Source of the DNA: Callorhinchus milii
Taxonomy: Eukaryota
DNA: 64,000 bases
Direction: 5' to 3'
Assembly (NCBI RefSeq): GCF_018977255.1
Contig: NW_024704760.1
Location: 3,348,001 to 3,412,000, forward strand
Shown: positions 25,301 through 56,824 of the stretch, piece by piece
Layout of the letters: each line of letters begins with the position of its first letter
How positions within the stretch are numbered: position 1 is the first letter of the stretch
Made by a program: the position numbers and the translations under genes
The notes under the pieces: generated by a model
What the model was told of the DNA's origin: nothing
Seen by the model: the letters and a program-made list of their open reading frames with translations, nothing else
Databases searched by the model: none

Positions 25301-28300
25301 TAAAATAAACTTTGCAACGTGGTTCCTTGTTCCCTGTTTAAAACCGAGAGCTTTTGCCACAACCAGACCAGCAACTCACTCAAACATCTGCTCTTGCTTT
25401 CAATTTATGACTTTCGGATGAGCTGAGCCTCAGGTTATGAGCCAATAACCAAACTCTCTTGTGCCCAACCTACAAGTCATGGAACAAATCAGCTCCAACT
25501 ATGTCCTACCTGCACATGTCAAGCCAATCACATTTCCATTTATTTTAACCATAGGGCCAATTGGATCCACTTATCTCCTTCCCCTATTGCTAGACCTTTC
25601 CCCACCCCCTCCCTCTACTCTCTCCACCCTCCCACTCTCTCCCCCCTCACCTCCTCTTTCCCCCTCTTTCTCTTCCCCCCCCCCTCTCCACACACACCCC
25701 CCTCACCCCTCTCTCACCCGTCTCTCTCCCTCCTGATAAGGCGCTATACCAATCGCAATGATTATTACGGGTCAATTAGCATCCGAAAGAAAAAGTTACT
25801 GCTTTGGGCAAGGCTTCACTAATTATTAGGATTTCCAATATTTATGTTTTAATTACATAATGGCGGTTAAATAGTGATAGCTGGTGATAATTAAGGAATT
25901 GAATGAGTTTAGAGAATATTACAATGATGACCTTATATTTATTTGTTAATTGGGATTATGCATTAAAGATTACCTGGAGTTTTGCACTTCTCACCAGCAA
26001 GTGAAAACATGTGCTCCAAATCTTTCTTATCTACCTTCTTAGCAGGTTCACCATTACTCCCTAACTCTTGTAATATCTAATAAACCCTGTTAATGTTTAA
26101 TGTTTACAAGCTCAATCTAAAATGTCTACGTAAATGCTATATGCCAGACAAGTATTGTAGATTAGGAATTACAGTAAGGCACTCGTAAACAAAAAAAAGT
26201 TAAATTGAGGACGAAATACATTTTGACAATCAAGTAAAACTGATTTTTGCAACAGGTTAAATATTAATGATAATCCTTGCATTTGATGTAGCGCCTTATC
26301 ACGTCGTTGAGACTTCTCAAAGTGCTTCACAGAATGTATCGTAAAGTGGATTGACTGTATTTCTGTGGATGAAATATCTCAAGAGCATTTCACTCGAAGT
26401 AATTCTGGTAATTCAGATGTTCTACAGATTTTCATGAGGCTACCTTTGGAGGATTGTGTGCAGTTGTAGGCATCCAACGCACATAAACACATACACAGAG
26501 TAGTGGATACGTGGCGCAGAATCCCATCACATTTTGTAGTATGAATAAGGAAGCACATTTCAGGATTGTGGAGCAAGAATGCTGCTTTGAAAAGCTATTG
26601 AATTATTACTCTCTTCTAGGCGTTTCTCTAATCAAGTGACGTATTGGAATATAAATGACAACAGTACTATCGCCACCCTGTTGAGTGAGTGACAAAATTA
26701 AAACATCTTAGTCATAAGGAAGATGCCCACACAATTATCATCTGCACTTTGGTCTTGTTGATTCACTTTCCGAAGGCACCAACTCTTGTCTTTTGTAAAG
26801 AAGCAGGAAATAGATGGACATAATGCAACTGCAGTTTAATTAACCTTTAGGATTTGGAATGCTGTAATGTAGGTGTCAATATTGATTCTGTCTGTCACAG
26901 CATTACAAAAAGTGTTCCAAAAGCTTGCAGAAATATTAAAGGTGTGAAGAGCTCTTGTGCCAAGAGCCTCTGGATATTAAATTCGCTCACTTCTTTAACT
27001 AAGCGGCCATCACTGTACATTAGTATTTGTGATTGTTTTTTGCATTGAACTACCCAAAGGCAGTTTGTCACTGCACAATAAAAACTTTATTACATTGACT
27101 GATTCACGCTTCGATGAAAACAAAGAGGCATTAACGTGGTTGTGGTATTTGAATGGCTGCTTCATCTTTCACCTCCCCCACTGTCTCCCACTATCAGCTC
27201 AGGGGTCTAGTCAACAACGTCAAGTGACCTGGGACATCCTCCCGACGTGAAGACACTGTATAAATGTAAATTTGTATTGTATGCTCAAACTTTCCATCGA
27301 TTCACACACTCACACACACAATAGCAGAATAGGTTCAGACTGAAAATGTGATGATCACAACAACTTGCATTTATATAGCGCCCCTCCCACAGGGTAGCGT
27401 CCCAGAGCACTTGACAGTGGCAGAGCACGATGCCAAGCTGGTGGGAGGTGACCATATAGCATACAGTACTTATATATTCGTACCTTCTGAAGTACTGAAG
27501 TTTTAAATTCCGTAGCACAAAATCGACCCCTCGGGTGCTCTCCTGAAGTCAGAGCCCGTCTGACCCTCGAGCAGAACGGCAACACAAAATAGGGAAAGAG
27601 AATGTCTCTCTGGTAGAAATGTTGACGGTGATTCAATAAGCTCATGTGACTCGGCAACATTCCATTCATTCATTTCTTTATTTTTGGAAAACAAACTCGA
27701 GCTTGTGAATTACATAATATTAGTAAGCAAAAATGGGTAAAACAAGTTCAACACTCAAGGCTTTTTCTCCTCCCCAATGGCATAAATACATAAGTACTTG
27801 TAGCAGCAGTAGATTGTAAACAATTCATACAGTTAATGTTGAAACATCATACCTGCTACACAAAGCAGTGTGTGACGTCTACTTTAGTCAAAAGTACACT
27901 ACTATCTGAAATTCTAATCAAAACCATACTAATCTCTCAATTTTACTGCAAGACACATCACATCGAATAGATCACTCTTCGTCATTTATCAGTGTGCGTC
28001 AATGAATATTCATTTTCTAAAACCAAAAAAAAGCAAGTAAACTCATCAATTAATAGACCTGAGAAAGAGGAATTTGAATTTCTGCACATCAAAACAATAT
28101 CCTTTTCCTAAAGTCTCAACACATGAATATGCAGTTCGCTTTAAAAAAAAACAATGTTCAATAATTTAACTTTCATGAATTTTAATGCATATACAGTATT
28201 GAATGGAAATGAGAAACTTTGGCTTTGGATATTAATGCAAAACCAAGTTTCTAATACTTTTTTTTAAAAAGAAACACACATTACAACAGAGTGGGAATCA

Positions 28301-28322
28301 ATGTAAAATAATTTACTGTGTA

Positions 28323-28328
28323 TTTATT
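28323..28328 (-). terminator. Candidate distal poly(A) signal of YOD1 (about 5.2 kb 3'UTR)
   Basis: AATAAA on the minus strand at the end of a long, AT-rich, repeat-poor tract downstream of the YOD1 stop. Confidence 0.35.
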
Positions 28329-30439
28329 TTGCAAAAAATTAAGTCTATATTATTTTCATACACAACTGGTATATTTTTCTCCAATCTCCGCAGATGCTAA
28401 ATTGTCTCTATTCTATTCTCACTCCGAACCCCACTAACCTAACCTATCTGTCTACGAAAATCACCAGCCTTTAAGAATTTATGTTTATAAAGATCAAAAA
28501 CAGCAGCAAACGCTGTACTATAAATACTGTTCAACAACACCAAAGCACCAAGGTCTTAAAAGCAAACGAGTAGTGAAAGACTTCAAGACTTAATGAATAT
28601 GTTGGGACTCCATTCTGTGGGCTCCAAACTGAGATTTGCAAAATTGGTAGTGAATAGATAATCATTGGTCTGAAATCTTAAAAGTCTGTCTCAGCAACAT
28701 CAACATAGAAACATGATCAGCGACTGTTCTGTTGTGAAACATATTCGTCTTGGTATAGCAGTAATACACTACCGTAAATATTGATTCCAATTAAGATAGA
28801 AATCAGAACATTCTGCGTATTAGCTATGGAGTCAGGCAATATATGGGTCTCCTAAAATTTGTACCTGAAGCGTAACCTTTGGCATTTTCATTGAATTCAT
28901 GACCACAAACTAATGAATTCTTCCAGCTCCAGATTGAGAGGTGACCAGTGAGCTGGAAAAACACTGAACTATTAGCATGAATTTGTAGCATCATCATTTT
29001 GCTTGTAATTACAGTGAGATTACCAATATATTCCTTCGCAGATTAATTCCAATTTTGATCATAATGTTGAGTTTAAAATCTCAAGTTACGTTTCTGATTA
29101 CATTTTTCACAAAGATTTTCAAAATAAGGCAACACAACTGCAAAACCTTTTGATTTGATGAAAATTACGAGCTTAAACGTTCCGCTGCATTACACAAGGT
29201 GAACCCTTGGGAATTGAGCTTTCTTTGATACATAATCACTGAAACAGAAGAGAAAAATTATTTTCGGCGTTTACATTAGTGTCTAGCATAATCGTATTGC
29301 GTATTCGAACCTTAACCTTTGAGCAATTTCCTACAGATCTTCCAATCACATGTTTGCCACTCCTTGCAAAACATCTATTAATCACCATAGCAATGGAATA
29401 AATACTCAACTGTTACACCCTATATACAGTTCTTCGTCTTAAGTGAAATTTAATTTGTTTCAAAATCAGTTAATTTATTTTTTAGATAAACTTAAATAGA
29501 ACAAACTAGAAATTCATAGAAATAGCTTGGTCCATTTTGACTACGGTAGTGGCTATAAATGGTAGCAGCTAAATTGCTTATATTTGTAGCTCTGAACTGA
29601 CCACAATAAGGCAGATGTTTTACAATACAACTATAGGCAATCATTAGAGTCACAACATTTCTCTTAAATTAAGACTTTTTCCCCCCCCCAAAAAAAACCA
29701 AACTACTAAATTAAAGTTAAAGCAAAAATAGCAGATGCCTTAATTATCCCAGATTAATATAACACTTCAACTAGAAATAGTGTCTGGTCATTTTGCGGTA
29801 GGTAGTCAAATTTAGTTATAAATCTTTTTCTTCGCTAGGAAAGCCACAGTAAAGCACCTTTTTGCTACCTTTTTTGACAATTACGTAATGCCATTATTGG
29901 AACCTGCAATTATTCTTCCCCGTTTAAATGTCAGTCTGTTCAAACAGCATTTTAAGAATTACCTGGATTCCTTTCTTAAGCAACTAACTCACTTCTTAAC
30001 AGGTTTCACAGTATTTTAAGTAAGTGTCTTGTTTAAGGCCTGTATTTATTAGGTAGTAAGGAACAATCTACTGGGATATAAATGTATTTCTCAAAATCAA
30101 GGCTCCACAATTATGTTACTGGAGGATCAATAGCTGGTAAAGGTCTTGATCCCAGTAAACATATCCCTGGGTTAACATCACAGAAATCAAAACATATCTG
30201 CCCCTGTTTTACACATCCAGAGGTCATTGGGACCAATTTGTAAACAGTCTGCATAAGAAACCTTCTATATCTCATAGCCTAACATACATAATGTGTACAC
30301 ACTTGTGCTGAAATACATTCATTGCTCACTCATTGCTAAATTTTCAGGTCTAGGCTAAATTCCCAGTTAATTAAAAACATATTCTTTTACTGTGGTTTTT
30401 TTGCTTAATAAATCAGAATTTCTTTCAATCAAATGTACA

Positions 30440-30766
30440 TGTGGAGTCCTGTAGCTCAGTGGTGAGAGCACTCGCTTTGCAAGCGAGAGACCTGAGTTCA
30501 ATTCCAGGCAGAGCGAAACCTTGGGCAAGTTTCCTTACTCCACACAGAGCCTAATAATAATCCCTCCAAAAAAACAAAACAATAATAAATTGGTCATTTT
30601 CAATCTACGACTGTTTGTGGGACATTGCTGTGCGCAATTGGCGGCCGTGTTCGCCCACAAATATACAGTCAATTCACTCTACAGTGTGTTCTGTGAAGCT
30701 CTTTGGGACGTCCTCCCGACGTGAAAAGCGCTATATCAAATGCAAGGATTATTATTATTATTATTA
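30440..30766 (+). mobile_element. Full-length tRNA-Ala-derived SINE, antisense within the putative YOD1 3'UTR
   Basis: Same family; putative target-site duplication TACATGT at 30436-30442 and 30765-30771. Confidence 0.9.
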
Positions 30767-33504
30767 CATGTCATGGTACTATGCTCAAGAGTTGTTTTAG
30801 GGAAGAAATTACTGCTCAAAATGACTAGTAGTGAAAGTGTGAAATGGGAAGTGCGTTAAATATCATGATAAAGGACGCCACGTGTACGAGTGAGTTTCCA
30901 GTTTTGAAAGGCATCTTATGACTCAGAGGGTATTAATACGGTAACTTTATGTCTTGTAGGAAATCCCTAGCTATATATTTCCTTTATTTCCATGGTGGAC
31001 TTTCACAGAGTATTATGCTAAATTGTTTACCAAAGTTTTTAAATACTGATTGCTCAGTTAAGTCACATTTATTCACTACAACGTCTTTTTACCTGATACC
31101 CTAGCTTTCCAACAGAAAACCAGTCATTTAAACAGTGACACCAGTTCTGTAGCTCGTCTTACATAAAACTACCACCGTATATATTCACGCATATTCACGC
31201 TGCACTCATCCGCCAATACAGGCACCAAGCAAAACAATTCCTGAACAAGGTTGTGACGTCTCGACGCCAGTCATGAATTTAACATTATTGGCCTCCTGAC
31301 TTTTGGGAATTTGATGTCATTTTTTTTAAAAATGTAAACTGGGCCTCTAAGTAAACTGTGGCTACATAATGAAGATAAGATGCGTTCACTGAACATGAGC
31401 TTCACTCTTCAGGAAAATTCTACGGGCTGTGAAGCAACACGTGCAGAAAACTGTCCATTCAATTCTATCCTACCTTTAACTTTCAGATATTGATCGGACA
31501 ACATATTTCCAGCATTTTTGTTTTAATTCTAGAAATTAAATGATTGAGGTATGGCGCCGCCTGCAGGCTCTTTGTAACACTGCAGCGATTTTTAAAAAAT
31601 CATATCCTGTGTAATAATAATAATAATAATAAAACTATCGCTGGTACCAATTTAGGGCAATTCATGTATTTAAACAAGTCAACACTTATCTGGTTTTGAC
31701 CTTCACCCATTTTCTTTTACTATTAAAAGTACGATGCATTTTAAAGGAGTTGTCGTTGCGAACTCGCACTTCAAATCGTCCCCAAAGGTAACCGGGTGGC
31801 TCGGAGATTGTTTCAAAGCCACAAGTTTGAATCCAGCCCACGTGTTTAAGATTAAAGTCTCATCTGCCTGTTATCTAGAAGGGTGGAAGGGACCCAAACT
31901 AAATGAGTTTGAGGAATTTGAAATCAGTTCTCTCTGTGGGTCTGCTGTAGGACAAAACTGGCTTACACTGGCTCTTACAATCACAGAGGTACCTGACAGC
32001 TGGATTGGGGGTGGAATGTGCGGCACATACAATGGATAGGATCGCTTCTGAGGTGGGAGATAAGGCACATTCATGGGGTAGAGCCATTGAGTTACAGTGT
32101 CGCCATATCCTTACAGACTTGTAAGTGTTGGATGCTAATAGTAGATGCCCCCAAATGAAAAAGCATTTCCACTTCCCAGTCTAACACCCTTCACCTTAAT
32201 GAGCACAAAAAAAATCACCAAAAGCTCTGCTACAGCAAAAAAAAATGGACATCTAGATATGTTTACACTGCAACTTGTGCAGTGTAGTTTTCTCCATTTT
32301 TAATTTGAGTTTCTAATCAAACTAGAAAATTAAATATAATTTGCAATCCCAAATGTGGCTTTGTGATGATACCATACTTTTAGAATAACATTGTTACATG
32401 TCTTTCAGTAAAATTATGACAGAAAATGAGCTGAACAGACACCACTCACGTGCCACCAAAATGACCAGAAACCTTTCTGGTTTTGGAACTTTGTACTTGA
32501 TGGAACTCACACAAAATAACCTCAGAGGCACTGGACAGATTCTGAATGATGTGCCAGAGATAAAGGATTTAAAGCTGTAAAAATAGGCACGTCAAAATGA
32601 TAATGGAAACGTTCTTAGATTGCTGCTTACAAATCTTTATCTAACAGCTCTGCTCCTTTAAAATACACGCGATGATCATAAATATTTTAAGTTAAAACAT
32701 GAAATGTAACAGCCGCAAATATTGCAGGAACAACAGTGTGCAACACTTAAGTGATACAACCCTGATATTTCATTCAGTTGCTAAGGCGATTGAAAATATA
32801 TAAAACCATGATGGTGACTCAATTAAATGATCCTGCTTACAAATGTAGAGAGAAATCAGTAGCTAAGGTAATTTCAAGGTATGCCTGTGGTTTCCATGAG
32901 CTGATCACAAAACTGTTATAGAAGGGCACTTAAAAATTTAAGAAAATCTGTATTACCTGGAACACTGAACTCACTCAGCGAGTGGAGAAATGGGCCTGTT
33001 TAAGAAATTGAAAAATCTACAATAATCCACCCAGATTTATTTTCTTCATCAACAAAAGTCTCCAAAGTGTTAATGGCTACACTGCAAATGGAGTTTGCTT
33101 AAAATATTTATAACATTATATTTGAACAATTGTCCATCTAAGCTGGAAAGGAGTTCAATTTCACCATTAAAAAACACCAGAAACCTATATATTAGTTTCT
33201 AATTCCCAGACAATAAATATGCCACAACATTAACAGTTAACATGTTCTGTGACTATTAAGGCAGAAACCTTCTAAGACTCAATAAAATAAACTCAAATGA
33301 GTGAAGTCATGCTTTTTATATATAAAAGGCCCTCACAAAGTAAACAGGGGGCTCAAAAATGAGGGCCAAGCTTTTAAAATACCAGTCATTTGATCAGCTC
33401 ATGGTTTAATCATCCCAAATGCACACGTTCCGTTTCACTCATAAAACTCAACAGCCATCCCAGTACATTCTGGTAATATGAGGTAGATGATGTTCATGTG
33501 GCTA

Positions 33505-34208
33505 TCACACCTCCCCAAAGTTGGTGTGTCCCGTTTCTTTAGCATGATCCCTAGCTTCTACCTGGCCCACCAACCCCCTCTGGCACACCATGCATCGTAG
33601 CGTGAATCTGTTCAAATCGGTAAACTGACGTTTTTGTCTAGCTTCATCTGCCAACTCCAGGGCCTGAGCAAGTACAACATCATCCGAGGTGGAGAATATG
33701 GTCTGCGGGGGCGATTCAGGGTCTGCAAAATGGCGCTGGAGAGGGTCATAATGAATTCCATCGTAAATGAGAAGGACGCGCTTGGTGTAACCTTCGTCCT
33801 CCCCAAACCTGTCTACTCGGACGGTCTGCGTGTCCACCACACAGATCTCACACTGGTAAAACTTGGACAGAATGGAGATTTCAATAGCTCCTCCCCACGT
33901 GTCATTCTGTTGAATCCAGTTGCAGTATTCCCAATTGCTTTTCCCTAGTACAGCTTCGGAGTAGGCATCAGAGTTACGTGCCACAATCTGTGCGATCAGG
34001 TTACGCATTTCCGGAGCACAGTTAGGCTCATGAATCCCTCCTTCCACAACATAGTGGATGCTGGTGAAGAGACAGGAATTATCTGCAGGAACAACATGTC
34101 GGTTCAGCAGTGGCAGGGTCTCCAATATTGAATGCTTGGCACTGGAATTTGACACAGCACTTTGGGTATTCGATTTGTCCTTTTCTTCTTCCACAATCAA
34201 AGTGTCTC
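33505..34208 (-). CDS. YOD1: YOD1 coding exon 2 (OTU domain and zinc finger)
   Basis: Acceptor tgtcttatag; 704 nt to TGA. Confidence 0.96.
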
Positions 34209-36219
34209 CTATAAGACAAATAAGTAAATGTGAGGCACCCTAACAATTTGTTTAGGCAATTGACAGTGCTAAGTATATCAGCAAACCACAAGGTAGAACA
34301 GCCAACCACATGAGAAGCCTCCACGGTCTTGCCCCTCCTTACCTCTGAGACCTGCTTACCTCATATCAACCTGTCCCCTCCCTCCGCTCAGCAGGCTGTG
34401 GCCTGCTCCACGTTCCCCGCCATCGGCGTTTATTTGTTGGCGAATGTCTACAGCTTTTCTGCCCCACCCTATGGAACTCGCCTCACTCCCTTCCTTGCCG
34501 CCTTCAAGGCATGACTCAAAACCCTCTTCTTCGACCACCCAACTACCCTTCCTGCCTTCCACCCGCTCCGACCACCACCTTGGGTCCAAATCCCTGACTA
34601 TTCAGCGCCTTGGGATGTCCTCCCGACCCAAAAGGCACTATACAAATGAAATTTTGTATTGTATGACGTGAACTAAAGTTCTGTTTTACCAATTGATTTA
34701 AGGTATTGCGACACAGCTATTTTCACAGCAGTTATGGAAACAAATTGTATCCTTTACATATTTATTTTGGTCGGATGGCAAAGGGAGAACTGCTCCATGG
34801 GAGATCAAGTAGGCTACAGAAAGCTGCTTCTTGCTTAAGAGCAATTTGTAGCCATTTTTTCAATAACTAGTAGATCATGTATGCGCATCTGTCATCCCAT
34901 GAATTCATAAAATCTTATTCATATTAAATAATGTAGAATTAATAGAGTTTACACCTAACACATCTTATCACAGACTGTCATTCTTGTCATTCCATTACTG
35001 TCTATGAACAGTCTATGAAACTGGGACAGACTCCAAAGTAAGCAGAAAACGCAGCTGTCTTTTCTACTACATATTTAAAATGGTTATACTGACAGCAAAG
35101 CAAGAGCACTATACCACTGAAGCATGGACAATTCGGCATAGAAGGCCACCATTTAGTCCACAGGAGCTATTTGATCTATAGACATTCGCCTACAAATACA
35201 CAGTCACCACATTTTATAGTAATTCTGTGGAGCATTTTCAGAGGTTTCAACAATGAGGTAAGGCAATACATCAAATCCGAGGATTAATTTAATCCCATTC
35301 CTTGCTCTTTCAACAGTTTAAATTTTTTTTTCTAATTTAAGTAAAGGTGAACGCCCTGGATAGATATGTTCTTTTATCAGTCAGTTGGCCCATTTAAACT
35401 TATTCCTTGCCACTTATCTTGAATCTTGGACCATTCAAATTAATTTATCTTTTGAGACAGATGAATAACCTTGGCAAAACCTTCCAAGATTCATCTCAAG
35501 TGTTTTTTTTTGCTGATTCCCCAAATCCAGCAAAAATTTAAGATATCAATCTACAACAATACAACTAAAAACAACTTGCATTTATATAGCACCCCTTACG
35601 CAGAGTAGCATCTCACTTACAACAGCACCAGAGAAGGAACAGTAGGAAGAGAGAGAGGAAGAAATTAAATGTTGTTCTCTGAGTTTGATCATGCAGAGAC
35701 TATATATTTATATATATATACACACACACATATATATTTACACACACACAGTATATCTATACACACATCCACTTACTACAAGCGACAAAAGAAAACAGGC
35801 CAAAATGACCAATCCGAAATTTGGTAAGAAAACTGAGCCATTAACATGTTACTGTCCTTTACAGACTTTGCTAAATCCCTGTCTTGTTTCATTACTCCTG
35901 CAGACTTTGATGATTGCAGCTATACTGCTTGATATTATTATATTATTATTATTGATCTGTATCAAGTACCATTATTATTTTTTCTCTGTGGTGTGCATTC
36001 AGTCAACTCACCAGATTTGATAGGAAACTCCTGAAGAGGTACATCTCCATTACGAAGATCGAGACTGGATGGAGGAAAACCCACCAGGATTTTCTGAACT
36101 TCACATGGAATTCCAGTGAGTTCTTCTATCTTATCTTTCAATTCTTGGACACTGGAAACCAAAGTCAGCCCCTGCATCAGGTGAGTCCCATTCTTTGCTT
36201 TACATCGCAAACGCAGCAT
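33505..36219 (-). CDS. YOD1: YOD1 / OTU1 ubiquitin thioesterase; join(36219..36012,34208..33505), 303 aa
   Basis: N-terminal UBX-like domain ([13 protein letters not shown]), OTU catalytic motifs [15 protein letters not shown] and YDGIHYD, and C-terminal C2H2 zinc finger CMVC...[13 protein letters not shown]. Phase-1 GT-AG intron joins KSG|DTLIVEE. Confidence 0.97.
34328..34660 (+). mobile_element. L2 LINE 3' fragment in the YOD1 intron
   Basis: Degenerate L2 ORF2 end (ctatggaactc...ttcaaggcatgactcaaaaccctcttcttcgacc) and tail. Confidence 0.75.
36012..36219 (-). CDS. YOD1: YOD1 coding exon 1
   Basis: ATG at 36219, 6 nt after the acceptor ttccctacag; GTGAGT donor; 208 nt. Confidence 0.93.
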
Positions 36220-38122
36220 CCTACTCTGTAGGGAACACAAGAATTGCTGACATTATACAATGGACTATTGTTTTCTTCTTACATTCCTTCATCAATACCT
36301 TCTGGATGCCACGACCAACAAACAAACAAACCACTTTAGGTAACCCACAAAAAAACTTCAAATGTACAATCAAACTCAAAATTGTGAAGGATTCTGTGTG
36401 TAGTTTCAGTTCAAAATGTTGACTTCTATAAAATTTAACAAAAAACAGCAATGTAAACAGTGTATTGCTTATGTTACAGTCTATACAAAACAATGGTTTG
36501 AATCCATTCAACAACTGTATTGTAGAATATGCTGATTTGCTTTCCAGACTGATTGAATAAAAGCTACATTATGGATATCAACATGTGAAAGAATTTGACA
36601 CAACATAATTTTACTTGAACCTTTACTTGTAATTTGCAGAATACTGACCACATGGAATTTTGAGATCCATTAAACAATTCTTTTCCAAATTCCAATGCGT
36701 TAGTCAGACCGCACGAAAAAAAACACATAAAAATAAAAATCTCCTACCAAAAATATATATTTAAAAATATTTAATTGGCAATGTACTCTCAGGCAGTCTC
36801 TCATCTTCTCTCAGTGTGATTTATTTTATTTACAGCTTTCCATAAATTAAATTTTGCTCAGATCTCTCCCCCTCTTATATTGCCACTGCTTATTTTGGTC
36901 TGCCCACTAAAATCAGTCACTACTGAATCTCTACCATTTGAACTTTTTTTCAGTTTCTCGAGATCAGTCTTCAAATTAGAACCAGCTTGTCCTTCATTTT
37001 CTTTCTTTGTATTTATTCCTTATCTTAAGAGCATCTTTCATTATAGATCTTTCATGTTTCTTTTGTCGCTCATACTTCAGGGCCATACGTATATTCAATC
37101 CAATTCTTCAATACCCACAAAAACACAAAAGGTGTAAAAAGGAGCAATTCAAGACAACAGCTGATCACAAAATTGTTTTTTCATCTCCTAATCAACGGTG
37201 GTGGAATCAAAACCATTTTTCTTAAAAAATGTATTATTTATCTGATAACCAATTACCCTTCGGGGAGTGGAGGGTGGGGGGGGGGCAGTGAAGAGTGGAA
37301 TTTAAATGGAGTCTCCTCCCATTGGGGCAAAGCTAACTCCAAAGTGACGTGTCTAACATTGGACAACCAGAATCAACGTGATTCTCTGTGGCGGTTTTCC
37401 TGAGACAGGGGGGTCCACAATACTTTTAAAAATGGCAATGGGGCTTCCCCCGGTGTCAGACACCTGGTTGGCCACACACAAAAAAAATTCGAATACAATA
37501 AGTAGGAAGGTGGACCCCCAAACCAACAATCACAAACACAATAATAAAACACACCATCAAATCCACACGGATACATTGGCCGGCACAGACACGATGGGCC
37601 GAATGGCCTCCTCCCGTGCTGTATTAATTCCGTGATTATTCCAATCTTATCAATTGATATCCATGTTTTACATCAGTCCCATCTTCTTAAATATCTATTG
37701 ACTCTTACACTTAATCTACACTTTGTTACACACATCATGGAAACAGACTATTCAGCCCAACTGGTCCGTGCCGGTGTTCACACTCAAGAGCTCCCATTTC
37801 CCTCACCTTTTTCCCCCTTCCCCTCCTATGCATTAAAATACTCCCTTATAAACATTCCGAGAGCTAAAACAAGTTCCCAAATGAAACTGGCCGCTCATTA
37901 TTTCGTGGCTGCATTGCGGGACAGGTGCACGGGGGCGACCGGGCTGCCACCTCTCCCTGCAAAATACGCGGGGTCACCCCCGCCCCCATTTCACAACCAT
38001 TCCTGTGAAGCGCTTGGAGGTGTCCTTCCGACCGGGGCGATAAGGCGCTCTACCCTACCCTACCACATGCAAAGATTATTATTATTATTATTATTAGGAT
38101 TATTGTGCATTTATGTAGGCAG

Positions 38123-38155
<33 letters not shown>

Positions 38156-38222
38156 TCGATCAATCAATTAATTAATTCATTAAATCAATCAATCAATTAA
38201 TGATTTCATTCATTCATTCATT
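38123..38222. repeat. (TCAA)n/(TCAT)n microsatellite
   Basis: Direct inspection. Confidence 0.85.
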
Positions 38223-38607
38223 CCCTGTCTCAGGATGTGTGTGTGTGTGTGTGTGTGGGGGTGTGGGGAGGGGAGGAGGGGTAATAAATCTGCTCCTTGC
38301 ACAGATGGTCAGTGCAGGGCGGCGCGATGCCCACCAGACAGACACTGTCTCCATGACTACCGGGCCTTGCCCGACCCTCCCTGACAACCCGCCTAACTGC
38401 AGCCCCCACCTCCACCCCGGGGGCTGCTTCGGGAGCGGGACTCGCCACGGAAACCCAAGGCTTCGGCGCTTTTACGAGACTGTTCCCTCCCCGATCCCTC
38501 GCCGACGACGTTACGGCCAACAACACGCGCTCATTACCCACATAAAAAGGGGGAGAGGAGAGAGAGAGAGAGAACCTGTCGGGATGAGCTCCGCCGTTCA
38601 ACGATAC

Positions 38608-38645
38608 CTGACCGCAACCGCCGCCTCGCTGACAGGGCGCGTCTA
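38608..38645 (-). other. YOD1: Putative non-coding first exon of YOD1
   Basis: GC-rich segment ending CAG|GTATCG on the minus strand inside the CpG island. The acceptor just before the YOD1 ATG requires an upstream exon. TSS approximate. Confidence 0.5.
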
Positions 38646-39204
38646 GTGCGCATGCTCAGCGGCGTCAACACACGCACACACACAGGGGGCGGGGTCTAGG
38701 CTGTGGTCACGTGTCGAGGAGCGGTGCACTCACAGAGCAAGGTTGGTGGGGCGTTGGTCACGTGCTGAGGATCACATGACTCACAAGGTGAGGCGGGGGC
38801 GTTGATCACGTGCTGAGGATCAGCGGGAGGTCGGGCCGTCGGTCACGTGCGAAGGATCGGAGCGTTCCCCCCCCCCCCTCGTCACGTGCCGCGTGTGGCG
38901 GAGTCGGCGGAGGAGGAGAGGGAGGGGATGTCCCGGTGACGTCACAGACTGTAGCGTTCACTGAGCGCCGGGTCTCCCTCTCCCTGGTGTGGCCCCGCCC
39001 CCTCCTCCCCCTCCTCCTCCTCCTCACCTGTCCTCCCTCTCTCCCTCTCTCTCTCTCTCCTCTCTTTTCAGGCGGTGATTAATCTGACCTCTCGCTGTGT
39101 GTGTGTGTGAGGGTGTGTGTGAGGGTGTGTGTGTGGGTGTGTGTGAGGGTGTCGTGTCTCTCTCCCTCCATTTGTCCGCGACCGATGCGCTTTCGCCCCC
39201 CGGG

Positions 39205-56824
<17,620 letters not shown>

